DNA of 64,000 nucleotides from Promethearchaeota archaeon (GTDB lineage Archaea > Asgardarchaeota > Thorarchaeia > Thorarchaeales > Thorarchaeaceae): positions 1 to 64,000 of the forward strand of contig WJMJ01000071.1 of assembly GCA_014728035.1 (NCBI GenBank), given 5' to 3'. Below are positions 8,747-18,474 of the stretch, in pieces. Numbering within the stretch: position 1 is the first letter of the stretch; the number at the start of each line of letters is the position of its first letter. The translations under genes and the position numbers were made by a program. The notes beneath the pieces were generated by a model that was given only the letters and a program-made list of their open reading frames with translations, was not told where the DNA came from and made no database searches.

Positions 8747-9568
8747 ATGGATTTCACATCAAAAGTTGCGGTTGCTGTAGATAGAACTCCTAAGGGTGCA
8801 CTACTTACAGCATTAACAACACTAAATATGCCACTTCATCTGGAATATGAAGTTGAACGCATTATCATAAAACCCTCAATATACAATCCAGCGTATCCTG
8901 GAAATACTAACATCGAATTGGTAGAAGGTCTTGTAAGTATGTTTCGAAATACTGGAAGGGTCTATATTGTTGAAAGTGATAATCCTGTTAGAACCGCTGA
9001 GGAAGCATTTGAAGACTGTGGATATCATCAATTGCAAGAAATTGGTGCAAAACTGGTAAACCTTTCAAAAGAACCATGTCATTCAATAGAGATGCCAGGT
9101 CATTTTTTCAAAGAACGAGAGATGCCAGAAATTCTCTCAGGAAATATTCTACAAGTAAATGTGGCAACACTTAAACAAGAATCCGATAAAAGAATCATGG
9201 GGGCAAGTATCAAGAATTTGTTTGGGTTTTTACCTGAGTTGGATAAATCTGTATATCATGAAAATATTCATGATGTATTAGTTGATTTACTGATAACATA
9301 CCCACCAACTCTTACTATCCTCGACTTAACAGAACTTGTCACTGGGCCACGTAGTCAAAAAATCACAAAACGGACAAAAGGTGTAGTTGTTAGTCAGGAT
9401 TCAGTGGCAATTGATGCATTTGGTGCACATCTTATTGGTATCGATCCCATGACGGTACCACATATTGAATTAGCGTATAATCTTGGATTAGGAGAAGCTC
9501 TTCTTGACAGAATACAAGTCCTTGGCACTGAACATCAGAAAAAGCTGATAGAAATGATTCAATACTAA
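8747..9568 (+). CDS. DUF362 family protein
   Basis: IIIKPS, IVESD, ASIKNLFG, DSVAIDA, IDPMTVPHI...GLG pattern. Confidence 0.8.
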   Translation: MDFTSKVAVAVDRTPKGALLTALTTLNMPLHLEYEVERIIIKPSIYNPAYPGNTNIELVEGLVSMFRNTGRVYIVESDNPVRTAEEAFEDCGYHQLQEIGAKLVNLSKEPCHSIEMPGHFFKEREMPEILSGNILQVNVATLKQESDKRIMGASIKNLFGFLPELDKSVYHENIHDVLVDLLITYPPTLTILDLTELVTGPRSQKITKRTKGVVVSQDSVAIDAFGAHLIGIDPMTVPHIELAYNLGLGEALLDRIQVLGTEHQKKLIEMIQY

Positions 9569-9641
9569 TATGACATATCCACAAACAATTTATGGATATA
9601 ATGAAGGCATTGATAGTGTTCGGCAGCTAGGTGGTAACTCC

Positions 9642-10808
9642 ATGGACTGGACATCTCATCATATGCGCAGGATTCCTGCATCTGGCACTTTGAAAATCTT
9701 TGAACTAGCAAGTCGTCTAGAATCTGAAGGACGCAAAATATATCATTTTGAAGTGGGCCAACCTGATTTTCCTACTCCTCCCAATATTGTTGAAGCTGCA
9801 GTAGAAGCTTTGCATGGAGGTCTCACTAGATATGTTTCAGCTCGTGGAATCAATCCGATTCTGGATGCAATTCGTGATATGTATGCATCTCGTAATATTG
9901 GTGTATCTGGGCGAAAAAATGTAATTGTGACGCCTGGCGCTAAGATGGCATTATTCATGGGTTTTCTATCCACCATAGATGTGGGAGACGACGTGATGTT
10001 ATTGACACCAGCATGGCCAAGCTATCGTGTAATGATAGAGCATGCTGGTGGAAAACCTGTTGATGTTGTGACTGATTCAAAATATACTGTTAATGAGGAG
10101 TCTATTAAGGAGAAAATTTCCGATAAAACAACTTGTATTGTAATCAACAGTCCAAACAATCCAACAGGTGGAGTGTTATCACGTGATGATTTGAAGTTGA
10201 TTTATGACCTTGCATGTGATCATGATTTTGTGATTTTTAGCGATGAGATCTACGAGTCCCTAGTGTACGAAGGCTTTGAGCAAGTTTCAATGTTAGAAAT
10301 AGACCCTGCAATGGAACGCACTCTTGTCATAAATGGATTTTCCAAAGCATATGCTATGACTGGTTGGCGTCTCGGTTATGCTATAGGAAACCCTGAAACG
10401 ATTAGCAATATGGTACGTATTCAACAGAATACAACTTCGTGTGCAACATCTTTTGTTCAATATGCTGGTGTTGAAGCACTCAAAGGTGATCAGAGTTTCA
10501 TTGGAGAGATGAGAGCTTCCTATCAAGAACGCCGTAATCGTATTACTGAGATATTTTGCTCAATTCCAGATGTAACATGTGTTAATCCAATGGGTGCTTT
10601 CTATGTGTTCCCTGATTTCTCCGCTTATGGTATTCCCTCTGAAGAGCTCGCTGAAAAAATATTGCAGGATACGGGAGTGACTTGTACCCCTGGTAAAATT
10701 TTCGGTGACCATTTTGATTATAATCTGAGGTTCTCTTATGCTACCTCTATTGATATTATTGAGGAGGGTCTGACTCATTTAGTTAAATATTGTCAGACAC
10801 TTAGATAA
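9642..10808 (+). CDS. PLP-dependent class I/II (aspartate-type) aminotransferase
   Basis: GQPDF, NSPNNPTG, SDEIY, GFSKAYAMTGWRLG; start moved to ATG 9642 after a GGTGG SD-like site. Confidence 0.93.
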   Translation: MDWTSHHMRRIPASGTLKIFELASRLESEGRKIYHFEVGQPDFPTPPNIVEAAVEALHGGLTRYVSARGINPILDAIRDMYASRNIGVSGRKNVIVTPGAKMALFMGFLSTIDVGDDVMLLTPAWPSYRVMIEHAGGKPVDVVTDSKYTVNEESIKEKISDKTTCIVINSPNNPTGGVLSRDDLKLIYDLACDHDFVIFSDEIYESLVYEGFEQVSMLEIDPAMERTLVINGFSKAYAMTGWRLGYAIGNPETISNMVRIQQNTTSCATSFVQYAGVEALKGDQSFIGEMRASYQERRNRITEIFCSIPDVTCVNPMGAFYVFPDFSAYGIPSEELAEKILQDTGVTCTPGKIFGDHFDYNLRFSYATSIDIIEEGLTHLVKYCQTLR

Positions 10809-11419
10809 TGGTGATAGTTCTGTCAACTAATGCTGAAAAACAAATTGAAACCGTCGATTTACAGTTTGAGTGCATAATGTGTGGAAAATGCTGCAAAGTT
10901 AGTAATCTCATTATAACTGTTACAGGAACAGATATTGTTAACATTGCAAAAGGACTTGATTTTGGACCAGATGAGATTCTAAGAGCTCTTGATTTCTATG
11001 TAATCAAAGATGATCGAAAATCACCTGAGGGAATGAGAGATTTTCCCTTGGTGCTTACTGAAAAGGGACCTGCATATGTAGCCCTTAAGAAGATGAATGA
11101 CGGCTCTTGCATTTTTCTTAAAGACAAGAAGTGCATGATTCATCCTATTCGTCCAGCTGTCTGTGCATCATTTCCATTCACTTTTCAGAAAAAAAATAGA
11201 GAATTAATATGGGGCCTTAATGCAATCAAGGATATATGTCCAGGTATTGGAAAAGGTGAATATGTGAAGAAGTCCTATCTTGAATCGATTGGTACTGTAG
11301 TATTAGAGAATTTATCGATCTACACCTGTTTTGTTGAAGACTGGAACCGGAGTACTGCAAATCATACTGCCAAGTCTTTTATCAAAGCAATATTAGAATC
11401 TCCTATGTTTTATGCGTAG
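10808..11419 (+). CDS. YkgJ/FliB family CxxCxxCC cysteine-cluster protein
   Basis: FECIMCGKCC, CIFL...CMIHPIRPAVCASFPF, CPGIG. Confidence 0.88.
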   Translation: MVIVLSTNAEKQIETVDLQFECIMCGKCCKVSNLIITVTGTDIVNIAKGLDFGPDEILRALDFYVIKDDRKSPEGMRDFPLVLTEKGPAYVALKKMNDGSCIFLKDKKCMIHPIRPAVCASFPFTFQKKNRELIWGLNAIKDICPGIGKGEYVKKSYLESIGTVVLENLSIYTCFVEDWNRSTANHTAKSFIKAILESPMFYA

Positions 11420-11462
11420 GAATATTTATTCATGATAGTCATTCCCATTCATTGTGAACTAT

Positions 11463-12413
11463 ATGAGCAAAGTACTTGTCACTGGTGGTGCTGGTTTTAT
11501 TGCAAGTCACATCGTAGACCGATACATAGTGAATCATGAAGTAGCAGTGCTTGATGATTTATCTGAGGGAAGAATTGAAAATATGGCGCCGCACTTGAGT
11601 AAAGATGAATTTACTTTCATTAAGGGGACCATTACATCGAAGGAAGATGTCAAAAAAGCACTTGAAGGTGTTTCAACTGTTTTCCATTTCGCAGCTCAAC
11701 CCGATGTTCGATTAAGCATTGATCGTCCAGTTTGGGATTTTGAAATAAATGTTGTAGGAAGCATGAATTTACTCGACGAAATGAGAAAATCTGATGTGAA
11801 GAGAATCCTTTTCGCTTCATCTGGAGGAACCGTATATGGAGAAACTGATGTATTTCCCACCCCCGAATCCGTTTCTTTTCATCCAATAAGTAACTACGGA
11901 GCAGCAAAAGGTGCTTTTGAGATGTATTTGTCTTCTTTTGCTGAACTCTATGGTTTCGAAGCAGTGAGTTGTAGATTTGCTAATATCATTGGACCCAGGT
12001 CCACACATGGAGTTATCTACGACTTTTATATGAAACTAAAACGGAATCCTAGCAAGCTAGTGGTACTTGGTGATGGAACACAAGAAAAAGCATACATGTA
12101 TGTTGAAGATACTATCAATGCAATTGAACTTCTTGAAAATAAAATGAAGCCGGGGCACACACCAGTGAATGTAGGTTCCGGTGAGCGATTGACTGTAACT
12201 AGAATTGCAGAGCTGGTAGTTGAAAGCATGAATCTTCCTGATGCCAAAATCGAATACACTGGGTCTAAGAGAGGTTGGGCTGGAGATGTAGTTATCACCG
12301 ATATTGATATCTCTCTACTCAAATCACTTGGTTGGAAACCGACAATCAAATTAGAAGATGGTGTTCGGAAATATGTCAAATGGCTGCTTTCAGAATTCGG
12401 TGATGTTTCCTGA
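11463..12413 (+). CDS. NAD-dependent sugar epimerase/dehydratase (GalE-like)
   Basis: VTGGAGFIASH, ASSGGTVYG, YGAAK. Confidence 0.92.
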   Translation: MSKVLVTGGAGFIASHIVDRYIVNHEVAVLDDLSEGRIENMAPHLSKDEFTFIKGTITSKEDVKKALEGVSTVFHFAAQPDVRLSIDRPVWDFEINVVGSMNLLDEMRKSDVKRILFASSGGTVYGETDVFPTPESVSFHPISNYGAAKGAFEMYLSSFAELYGFEAVSCRFANIIGPRSTHGVIYDFYMKLKRNPSKLVVLGDGTQEKAYMYVEDTINAIELLENKMKPGHTPVNVGSGERLTVTRIAELVVESMNLPDAKIEYTGSKRGWAGDVVITDIDISLLKSLGWKPTIKLEDGVRKYVKWLLSEFGDVS

Positions 12414-12434
12414 AGCAATTAATCTAAGACATAA

Positions 12435-13403
12435 CTAGAGTCGACTGAGAATTTGTAGAATATTTCCAAAGTTATGTTCTACTGTTCGGCTCTTTTCTGC
12501 ATATTTAGAAAGGGATGCTAGCTGTTCGTCATATTCTACAAGTTCACGAAATCTAGTACTCCGAATCTCGGTATGAATTTCTTCATTTAGGTCCAATATC
12601 TCACTAGAAGAATTCAGAATATATTGTAGCATCTTAATGAGCAAATGAAAATCATTTATGTCTCTCAGCTGCAAAGTTTGACTATAAAACTGAAATTCCA
12701 ACCTTGCAAGCTTTTCTCGTAACTCGAATAGTTCCTTCTTCCATTTTCCAATCTCTGTGTCTTCTGTATTATTTGCCCTTTCAGACCATTGTCTTTGCTG
12801 TTTAATCAATTGTACTAGGTATTCTCTGAGAAACGCAAAGTGATCAACTCCCTCTTCTATATCGTCCTCCGTACCAATTGGATCCATTCCCTCCATTTGA
12901 CTGTGTTTGACAGCAATCATTAGAGAAAATTTATCCACATATCTCTTTATTTCATCTGTTTTTTCCTTTTTGCTCATCATATCTGCAAAGATATCACTTA
13001 ATGTGAGAAGGAATTTGTACAAACACTCAGAACAAATTTCAGCACTTGCATCTTGGTCTTTTGTTGAAAGAAATTGAAGAGCGTCTTCAAGGTCTGTACC
13101 TGGGACATCTTCACCATGAATTCTTAGTTTCCAACCTTGTGATATACAATAGACCTTATTATCTGGGTAGTTGATGTAAATAGCACAATAACAGATGTTA
13201 TCTTCTTTTGCTAATTCTTCCTTCATTCCCTCACGGTCTGCATGAAAGGAAAAAAGGGATGGATGCACTTCTATAGCATCAATCTCAAGGATTTCATCAT
13301 CATTAACGCAGAGTTTCTCATCGCCAAAGACCTTGAAACATGGACATCCCCGTACAAGCCGGATTTCACCTTGATGTTCCATAGTTTCTTGACTTTCAAA
13401 CAA
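12435..13403 (-). CDS. hypothetical Cys-rich protein (paralog 1)
   Basis: VRGCPCFKVFG, YCISQG, ICSECLYKFL; helical C-terminal half. Confidence 0.8.
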   Translation of the reverse strand: MFESQETMEHQGEIRLVRGCPCFKVFGDEKLCVNDDEILEIDAIEVHPSLFSFHADREGMKEELAKEDNICYCAIYINYPDNKVYCISQGWKLRIHGEDVPGTDLEDALQFLSTKDQDASAEICSECLYKFLLTLSDIFADMMSKKEKTDEIKRYVDKFSLMIAVKHSQMEGMDPIGTEDDIEEGVDHFAFLREYLVQLIKQQRQWSERANNTEDTEIGKWKKELFELREKLARLEFQFYSQTLQLRDINDFHLLIKMLQYILNSSSEILDLNEEIHTEIRSTRFRELVEYDEQLASLSKYAEKSRTVEHNFGNILQILSRL

Positions 13404-13476
13404 GATAATTCTGCCCCAGTAGTTAGCTGTTTTTTTAAAAGCTTCTACTTCTAATAGATGTTATTATTGCTGTTAT

Positions 13477-14469
13477 TCAAGCTCCTACATCCACTTGACT
13501 TAGCACCTTCAACACATTGCTAAATCTTTGTTCAATTACTATTCGCCTTGCATTTTGCTCCTTGAGCATTTCATGAATGTCTGTAGGAATACCTCTCAAG
13601 GATTTTATCTTGAGATGGCTTTCTCGAATACTATCAATTACTTTGCTTACCTTCTCTGCAACCTCAATCATAAATCTAAGCAAGCCAAGAGCTACTAGCT
13701 CGTCAGTTGCATCACGTATGGTTAAAACTTGAAAGAGGAAAATAGCTTCTAATCTAGCTAGAGTTTTATAATGTTCCATTAAGTCGAGCAGGTCTGAATT
13801 TCCATCACGTTTCTGATACATGAATATTAGAGAACTCCAATCGCCTCGAATAGTCATGAGGTCTTTGATGTATTCTTTTAGGTGATGATTGTATGATTCT
13901 TTATCCAACATCTGATCTTCTGTTGCATCAGTCAAATCAACAGCCATCTTCGCAGCAATCTTCTGGATATATTCAGAGATTACTTTAGCTCTTTCAGATT
14001 CACTAAGCAGATCTTCGAATACATCTCCCATTGTGACTAAATATTTGTACAGGCATGTAGAACAGATTACTCCTGAACCTGATTTTTCCGCAGATGTGAC
14101 AAATTGTAAAGCTTCCCGGATATCAGAAGCTTGAACTGGTCGGCTGTTAATTCGTATCTTTTTTCCTTGACTGACACAGTAAGCTGAATTAGACTTGTCA
14201 TCTAGAAAAATTAAAAGATAGCACATGTTTTCATTATCGCTTCTGAATTCTTTAAGGTCTTCAACAGAATCAGCTGGAAAGAAAGTTGGATCAACCATGA
14301 TTGAGCTAATTGGCTGCACATCGTCATTATTGATACATACTTGCTCTTTTCCAAATTCCTTGTAGCATGGACATCCTTTAACTAGCCCTGTATCTTCGTC
14401 ATCCAGTGATGACATAAGGGATGAACCCACTTTCAATTTGGAAACCTCTGCTGTAAATTCTCTCCTCAA
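13477..14469 (-). CDS. hypothetical Cys-rich protein (paralog 2)
   Basis: VKGCPCYKEFG, YCVSQG, ICSTCLYKYL; start may be the internal Met (MSSLDD). Confidence 0.8.
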   Translation of the reverse strand: MRREFTAEVSKLKVGSSLMSSLDDEDTGLVKGCPCYKEFGKEQVCINNDDVQPISSIMVDPTFFPADSVEDLKEFRSDNENMCYLLIFLDDKSNSAYCVSQGKKIRINSRPVQASDIREALQFVTSAEKSGSGVICSTCLYKYLVTMGDVFEDLLSESERAKVISEYIQKIAAKMAVDLTDATEDQMLDKESYNHHLKEYIKDLMTIRGDWSSLIFMYQKRDGNSDLLDLMEHYKTLARLEAIFLFQVLTIRDATDELVALGLLRFMIEVAEKVSKVIDSIRESHLKIKSLRGIPTDIHEMLKEQNARRIVIEQRFSNVLKVLSQVDVGA

Positions 14470-14582
14470 TTTACTGACTGAGGGTCTTCAACCCTCACCA
14501 AGCTTCAGAACGGATTTGAATGAATATTAAACTTCCTTAGATAGTAATACAACAAGGAGAACTGGGAAAAGGCAGGAATGCC

Positions 14583-14723
14583 TTAACCCCAAAGTTCTCT
14601 TTTCAACAAATCTCGAATTGCAATTCTGATTGCTTCTGATCGATTGGGATAGAGACCACTTTCTACAAGCTTCTCAAGACCTTCAAGATATTGTGATGGG
14701 CAGTGTAATGTTACAAGCTTCAT
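14583..14723 (-). CDS. ribbon-helix-helix protein, CdrS/CopG-like
   Basis: 46 aa MKLVTLHCPSQYLEGLEKLVESGLYPNRSEAIRIAIRDLL; GGAGAGG SD before ATG 14723. Confidence 0.88.
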   Translation of the reverse strand: MKLVTLHCPSQYLEGLEKLVESGLYPNRSEAIRIAIRDLLKRELWG

Positions 14724-14931
14724 TTTTTTCCTCTCCGCAAATCTGTGTTCCTGACCGTATATTCCCGGCAGGATACGTCCATATTCGCTATGTATTCTCT
14801 GGGTCATACGTAAATTTGATACCTAGTATTACTCGGTTATATTAAGAAGCTAAAGCGGCGCGAGTAGCTTCATTTTCTCTAATATTAGCCATTAGCATAG
14901 CAATTATAACAAAGAAACGGAGCCAAAGAAG

Positions 14932-17079
14932 GTGAAGACTCTTGGGATGGAGTTACATCAGATGGACCGCCAGGAACTTATTGACGTATTATTCAATCCG
15001 CGTTCAATCGCAGTAATCGGTGCCTCAGAAACCAAAGGTAAACTTGGAAATGATGTTCTGAGAAACCTAATTGAGAGTGGCTTTCAAGGAAGAATCTATC
15101 CTATCAATCCAAAAGGTGGAGAGATTCTTGGCCAGAAAGTCTATAGAAAAGTAGGAGATATCGCTGGCGACGTTGACGTCGCAGTAATTGTCATTCCTGC
15201 ACGATTTGTGCTTCCAGTTGTCGAAGAATGTGGTGAAAAGGGAGTAAAAGCCTTAGTAATCATAACCGCGGGATTCAAAGAAATTGGTCATGAAGGTCAG
15301 GAAGCAGAGAAAAAATTAGTTGAACTTGCCAAAAAGTACGATATGATTATCCAGGGTCCAAATTGTCTTGGAATAATCAACACAAGCTCACCTTACAATG
15401 CATCTTTTTCTGCAGGAACCCCCTCTAAAGGCAGTATTGCATTCGCATCTCAATCTGGAGCCCTGATGACAGGAATTCTTGATTGGAGTCTTATGGAGAA
15501 GATTGGATTCTCAAAATTTGTTAGTCTTGGGAATAAGGCTGATCTTGATGAAGCTGATTTCATTGAAGCGTTTGGTAGAGACCCTGCTTCTACTTTTATT
15601 CTGTTGTATATTGAATCTGTAGTGAATGGACGCAAGTTTATGGAGGCATGTAAGAAAGTAGTGCCCAAAAAACCAATTTTCATTGTGAAATCCGGGGTAA
15701 GTGAAGCTGGTGCGCGAGCAGCATCCTCTCATACTGGATCCTTAGCAGGAAGTGATACTGCTTATGATGTTGCCTTCAAACAGAGTGGTGTGAGTAGAGC
15801 GGAGAATATGGCAAACCTGTTCGATGTAGCAAATGTATTTGATGATATGCATCTACCTGCAGGAAATCGTGTCGCCATTGTAACAAATGCTGGTGGACCC
15901 GGGATACTAACAACTGATGCGTGTGAAGCAAATGGATTGGAGATTGCAAAGCTCACAAATCAATCAATCGAGGTCTTAAAGGAGGGACTACCCCCTGCAG
16001 CATCAGTGTATAATCCAATCGATGCATTGGGTACTGCTCAACCAGAGGAGTATGAGTTATGTATCGAGACCGCTCTTGCTGATGAAAATGTGGATTCCGT
16101 TATCGTTCTGGTTACTCCGCAAGCAATGACTGATGAAACGGGTACAGCTCAGGTCTTAGTCGAGGCTCACAAAAAGTTCCCTGGTAAACCACTTGTTGCA
16201 GTTTTTATGGGTGGAAATTCAATGGTCTATCCACGAATCGTATTAAACGAAGGTGGTATTCCAGTATTTGATTTTCCTGAACGTGCTGTGTATGCACTTG
16301 CAGAATTATACAAATATACAGTCCGAAGAGATAGCCTGAAAGATGAAACCATACCGCGGTTTAGGGTTAGAAAATCTGAGGTAGCTGATATCATTCGAAA
16401 GGTCCGAGAAGATAACCGAACAGTACTTCTTGGAAGTGAAGCACATGCAATTGCTGAAGCTTATGGCATTCAAGTAGCAAAGATTCGTTTAGCTACAAGT
16501 TCTGAAGAAGCAGTGAGTCTTGCTGAAGAATTAGGATATCCAGTAGTTATGAAAATTGCCAGTCCTGATATTGTGCATAAAAGTGATATCGGTGGTATCA
16601 AAATTGGATTGAATTCTCCAGAAGAGGTAGAACAGGCATTTATTGAAATTCTTGAGAATGCTCAAAATCAGAGACCAAAAGCTATTGTATATGGTGTTGA
16701 TGTTCAGGAAATGGCAGATAAAGGCAAGGAAGTAATAATTGGTTGCTCAAGAGATATCCAGTTTGGGCCAATGATCATGTTTGGTGCTGGAGGCATTTTC
16801 GTTAACTATCTCAAAGACATCTCATTCAGATTAGCTCCAATGACACGTAGTGATGTACAAGAACTGATTGACGAAACCAAAATGGGAACTCTTCTAAAAG
16901 GGGTGCGAGGTGAACCTCCAAGTGATGTCAAGGCTATTGAAGATACAATTCTTAGAATCAGTCAACTCGTCACAGATTTTGAGGAGATTGTCGAGCTTGA
17001 TATCAATCCGTGTTTTGCTTATGTAAAAGGTAAGGGTATTTCTGCGGTCGATGTAAAAATTACGATTGGAGGAGAGTAG
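14932..17079 (+). CDS. acdAB: acetate/acyl-CoA ligase (ADP-forming), fused alpha-beta
   Basis: PRSIAVIGAS, GPNCLG, SQSGA, AASSHTGSLAG phospho-His motif, ATP-grasp HKSDIGGI, ELDINP. Confidence 0.93.
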   Translation: MKTLGMELHQMDRQELIDVLFNPRSIAVIGASETKGKLGNDVLRNLIESGFQGRIYPINPKGGEILGQKVYRKVGDIAGDVDVAVIVIPARFVLPVVEECGEKGVKALVIITAGFKEIGHEGQEAEKKLVELAKKYDMIIQGPNCLGIINTSSPYNASFSAGTPSKGSIAFASQSGALMTGILDWSLMEKIGFSKFVSLGNKADLDEADFIEAFGRDPASTFILLYIESVVNGRKFMEACKKVVPKKPIFIVKSGVSEAGARAASSHTGSLAGSDTAYDVAFKQSGVSRAENMANLFDVANVFDDMHLPAGNRVAIVTNAGGPGILTTDACEANGLEIAKLTNQSIEVLKEGLPPAASVYNPIDALGTAQPEEYELCIETALADENVDSVIVLVTPQAMTDETGTAQVLVEAHKKFPGKPLVAVFMGGNSMVYPRIVLNEGGIPVFDFPERAVYALAELYKYTVRRDSLKDETIPRFRVRKSEVADIIRKVREDNRTVLLGSEAHAIAEAYGIQVAKIRLATSSEEAVSLAEELGYPVVMKIASPDIVHKSDIGGIKIGLNSPEEVEQAFIEILENAQNQRPKAIVYGVDVQEMADKGKEVIIGCSRDIQFGPMIMFGAGGIFVNYLKDISFRLAPMTRSDVQELIDETKMGTLLKGVRGEPPSDVKAIEDTILRISQLVTDFEEIVELDINPCFAYVKGKGISAVDVKITIGGE

Positions 17080-17080
17080 A

Positions 17081-18148
17081 ATGACTAGGAATATTGTCAT
17101 CACAGGAGATACAATAATCGGAAAAACTCTACTTGCTCTCGGAATATCTGCGAAACTACGTGCCGAAGGAAAGTCTGTTGGATACTTCAAACCTGTAGGA
17201 TCAAAAAGCTATGATCTCAGTACAACAGATGTTGATATTGATGAAGATGCCGCTGTAATGAAGGAAGTTCTTGGACTAGAGTCAGATGTATCTTGCATCT
17301 GCCCACTAATTCGGCATAAGTCTAGCTATGATGAGTTTTTGCGGATTGGTAACGAAAAACTCCATGAAAAAATAATGAAATGCTTTTCTGAGATTTCCGC
17401 GGGAAATGAAATTATGCTCATCGAAGGCACTAAATCACCTTGGCACTTGCTTCATGTGAACCTTTCCACGGCTCAGATTGCGACATCTCTTGAAGCAAAT
17501 GTGATATGTCTTGTTAATTTTCCTGACATAACAGCAATCGATGATATATTACTCCAGCGTGACTTCTTCAAGATGCATGGTGTGGATGATATCACAATCG
17601 TCTTGAATCTTGTGCCGCCTATGCTCCGAAGTACTATTCAGGAACATATTCGTTCTTTTATTGAACAACATGGAATGCATTATGGTGGCACTATCTATCA
17701 AAATAGAGAATTATTCAGCCCCTCTGTGAGAGAGATTCTTCGAGCTCTTGATGGCGAGATTATTACCGGAGAAGATAAGATTGATGCAGTGATTGTCGAC
17801 CAATTCATGGTTGGAAGCATGGCTCCTGAAAATGCTCTGAAGTGGTTCCGTCGAGCAAAACACAAAGCTGTTATCACTAGTGGTGATCGAAGTGACATCT
17901 GTCTAGCAGCAATGGAAACCGATACAAATCTTCTAATTCTCACCGGTGGAATGGGGCCTGATATTCGAACTATTTCTCGTGCTAAAGAACTTGGCATTCC
18001 TATCATCATGACTGCTCATGATACATATTCTACAGGACAAATAGTAGATAATCTTGTAACAACGATAACACCTGAGAATAAGGAAAAAATTGCGTTAGTT
18101 GAGAAGATAATTGGTGAAGCTTTAGTACTCTCACATCTTGGCATATAA
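17081..18148 (+). CDS. phosphotransacetylase N-terminal-like protein (AAA_26 + DRTGG)
   Basis: GKTLLALG, GYFKPVG, VITSGDRSDI, LILTGG; no PTA catalytic domain. Confidence 0.85.
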   Translation: MTRNIVITGDTIIGKTLLALGISAKLRAEGKSVGYFKPVGSKSYDLSTTDVDIDEDAAVMKEVLGLESDVSCICPLIRHKSSYDEFLRIGNEKLHEKIMKCFSEISAGNEIMLIEGTKSPWHLLHVNLSTAQIATSLEANVICLVNFPDITAIDDILLQRDFFKMHGVDDITIVLNLVPPMLRSTIQEHIRSFIEQHGMHYGGTIYQNRELFSPSVREILRALDGEIITGEDKIDAVIVDQFMVGSMAPENALKWFRRAKHKAVITSGDRSDICLAAMETDTNLLILTGGMGPDIRTISRAKELGIPIIMTAHDTYSTGQIVDNLVTTITPENKEKIALVEKIIGEALVLSHLGI

Positions 18149-18151
18149 TCA

Positions 18152-18177
18152 AAGAAAAGGAGGAGCGAAAACGCTCC
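18152..18177. terminator. GC hairpin with A-tract on its left (U-tract on the minus strand)
   Basis: GGAGCG-AAAA-CGCTCC at 18162-18177 preceded by AAAGAAAA. Confidence 0.45.
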
Positions 18178-18190
18178 CGTTGCAAAACAA

Positions 18191-18242
18191 GTAGAACACA
18201 CTATCCGGGAATGTGTGTTCTATTTGAGGCACGTAGAACACA
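18191..18242. repeat. triple TAGAACACA motif (direct-inverted-direct)
   Basis: GTAGAACACAC 18191-18201, GTGTGTTCTA 18213-18222, GTAGAACACA 18233-18242. Confidence 0.7.
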
Positions 18243-18474
18243 AATATGTCAGCTTGTATGCTGGTCACATTATCCAGCCAATACTAACAACATCATATAC
18301 TACATTCACATGAACTTAATCAAGGACTTCATATTTTTAGTCAAACTATACTTGGACAATAAGTCATTCATAGTACTTTGTTGAAGGTGCTTATTAAGAA
18401 ACAATCTAACCTCTCGGAAAGGATTTAAACTAGTTTCTAGATTGGTCATAATATTCAAAGAATAAAGAGGTTAA

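Noticed and set aside
14583-14723. Type II toxin-antitoxin module
   Set aside because: No adjacent small RelE/ParE/PIN toxin ORF.
14724-14807. N-terminal extension of the RHH ORF in the track
   Set aside because: A strong SD precedes ATG 14723 and the RHH begins there.
18191-18242. Mini-CRISPR or IS terminal repeats
   Set aside because: Only 9-11 bp units in mixed orientation; no spacers, cas genes or transposase.
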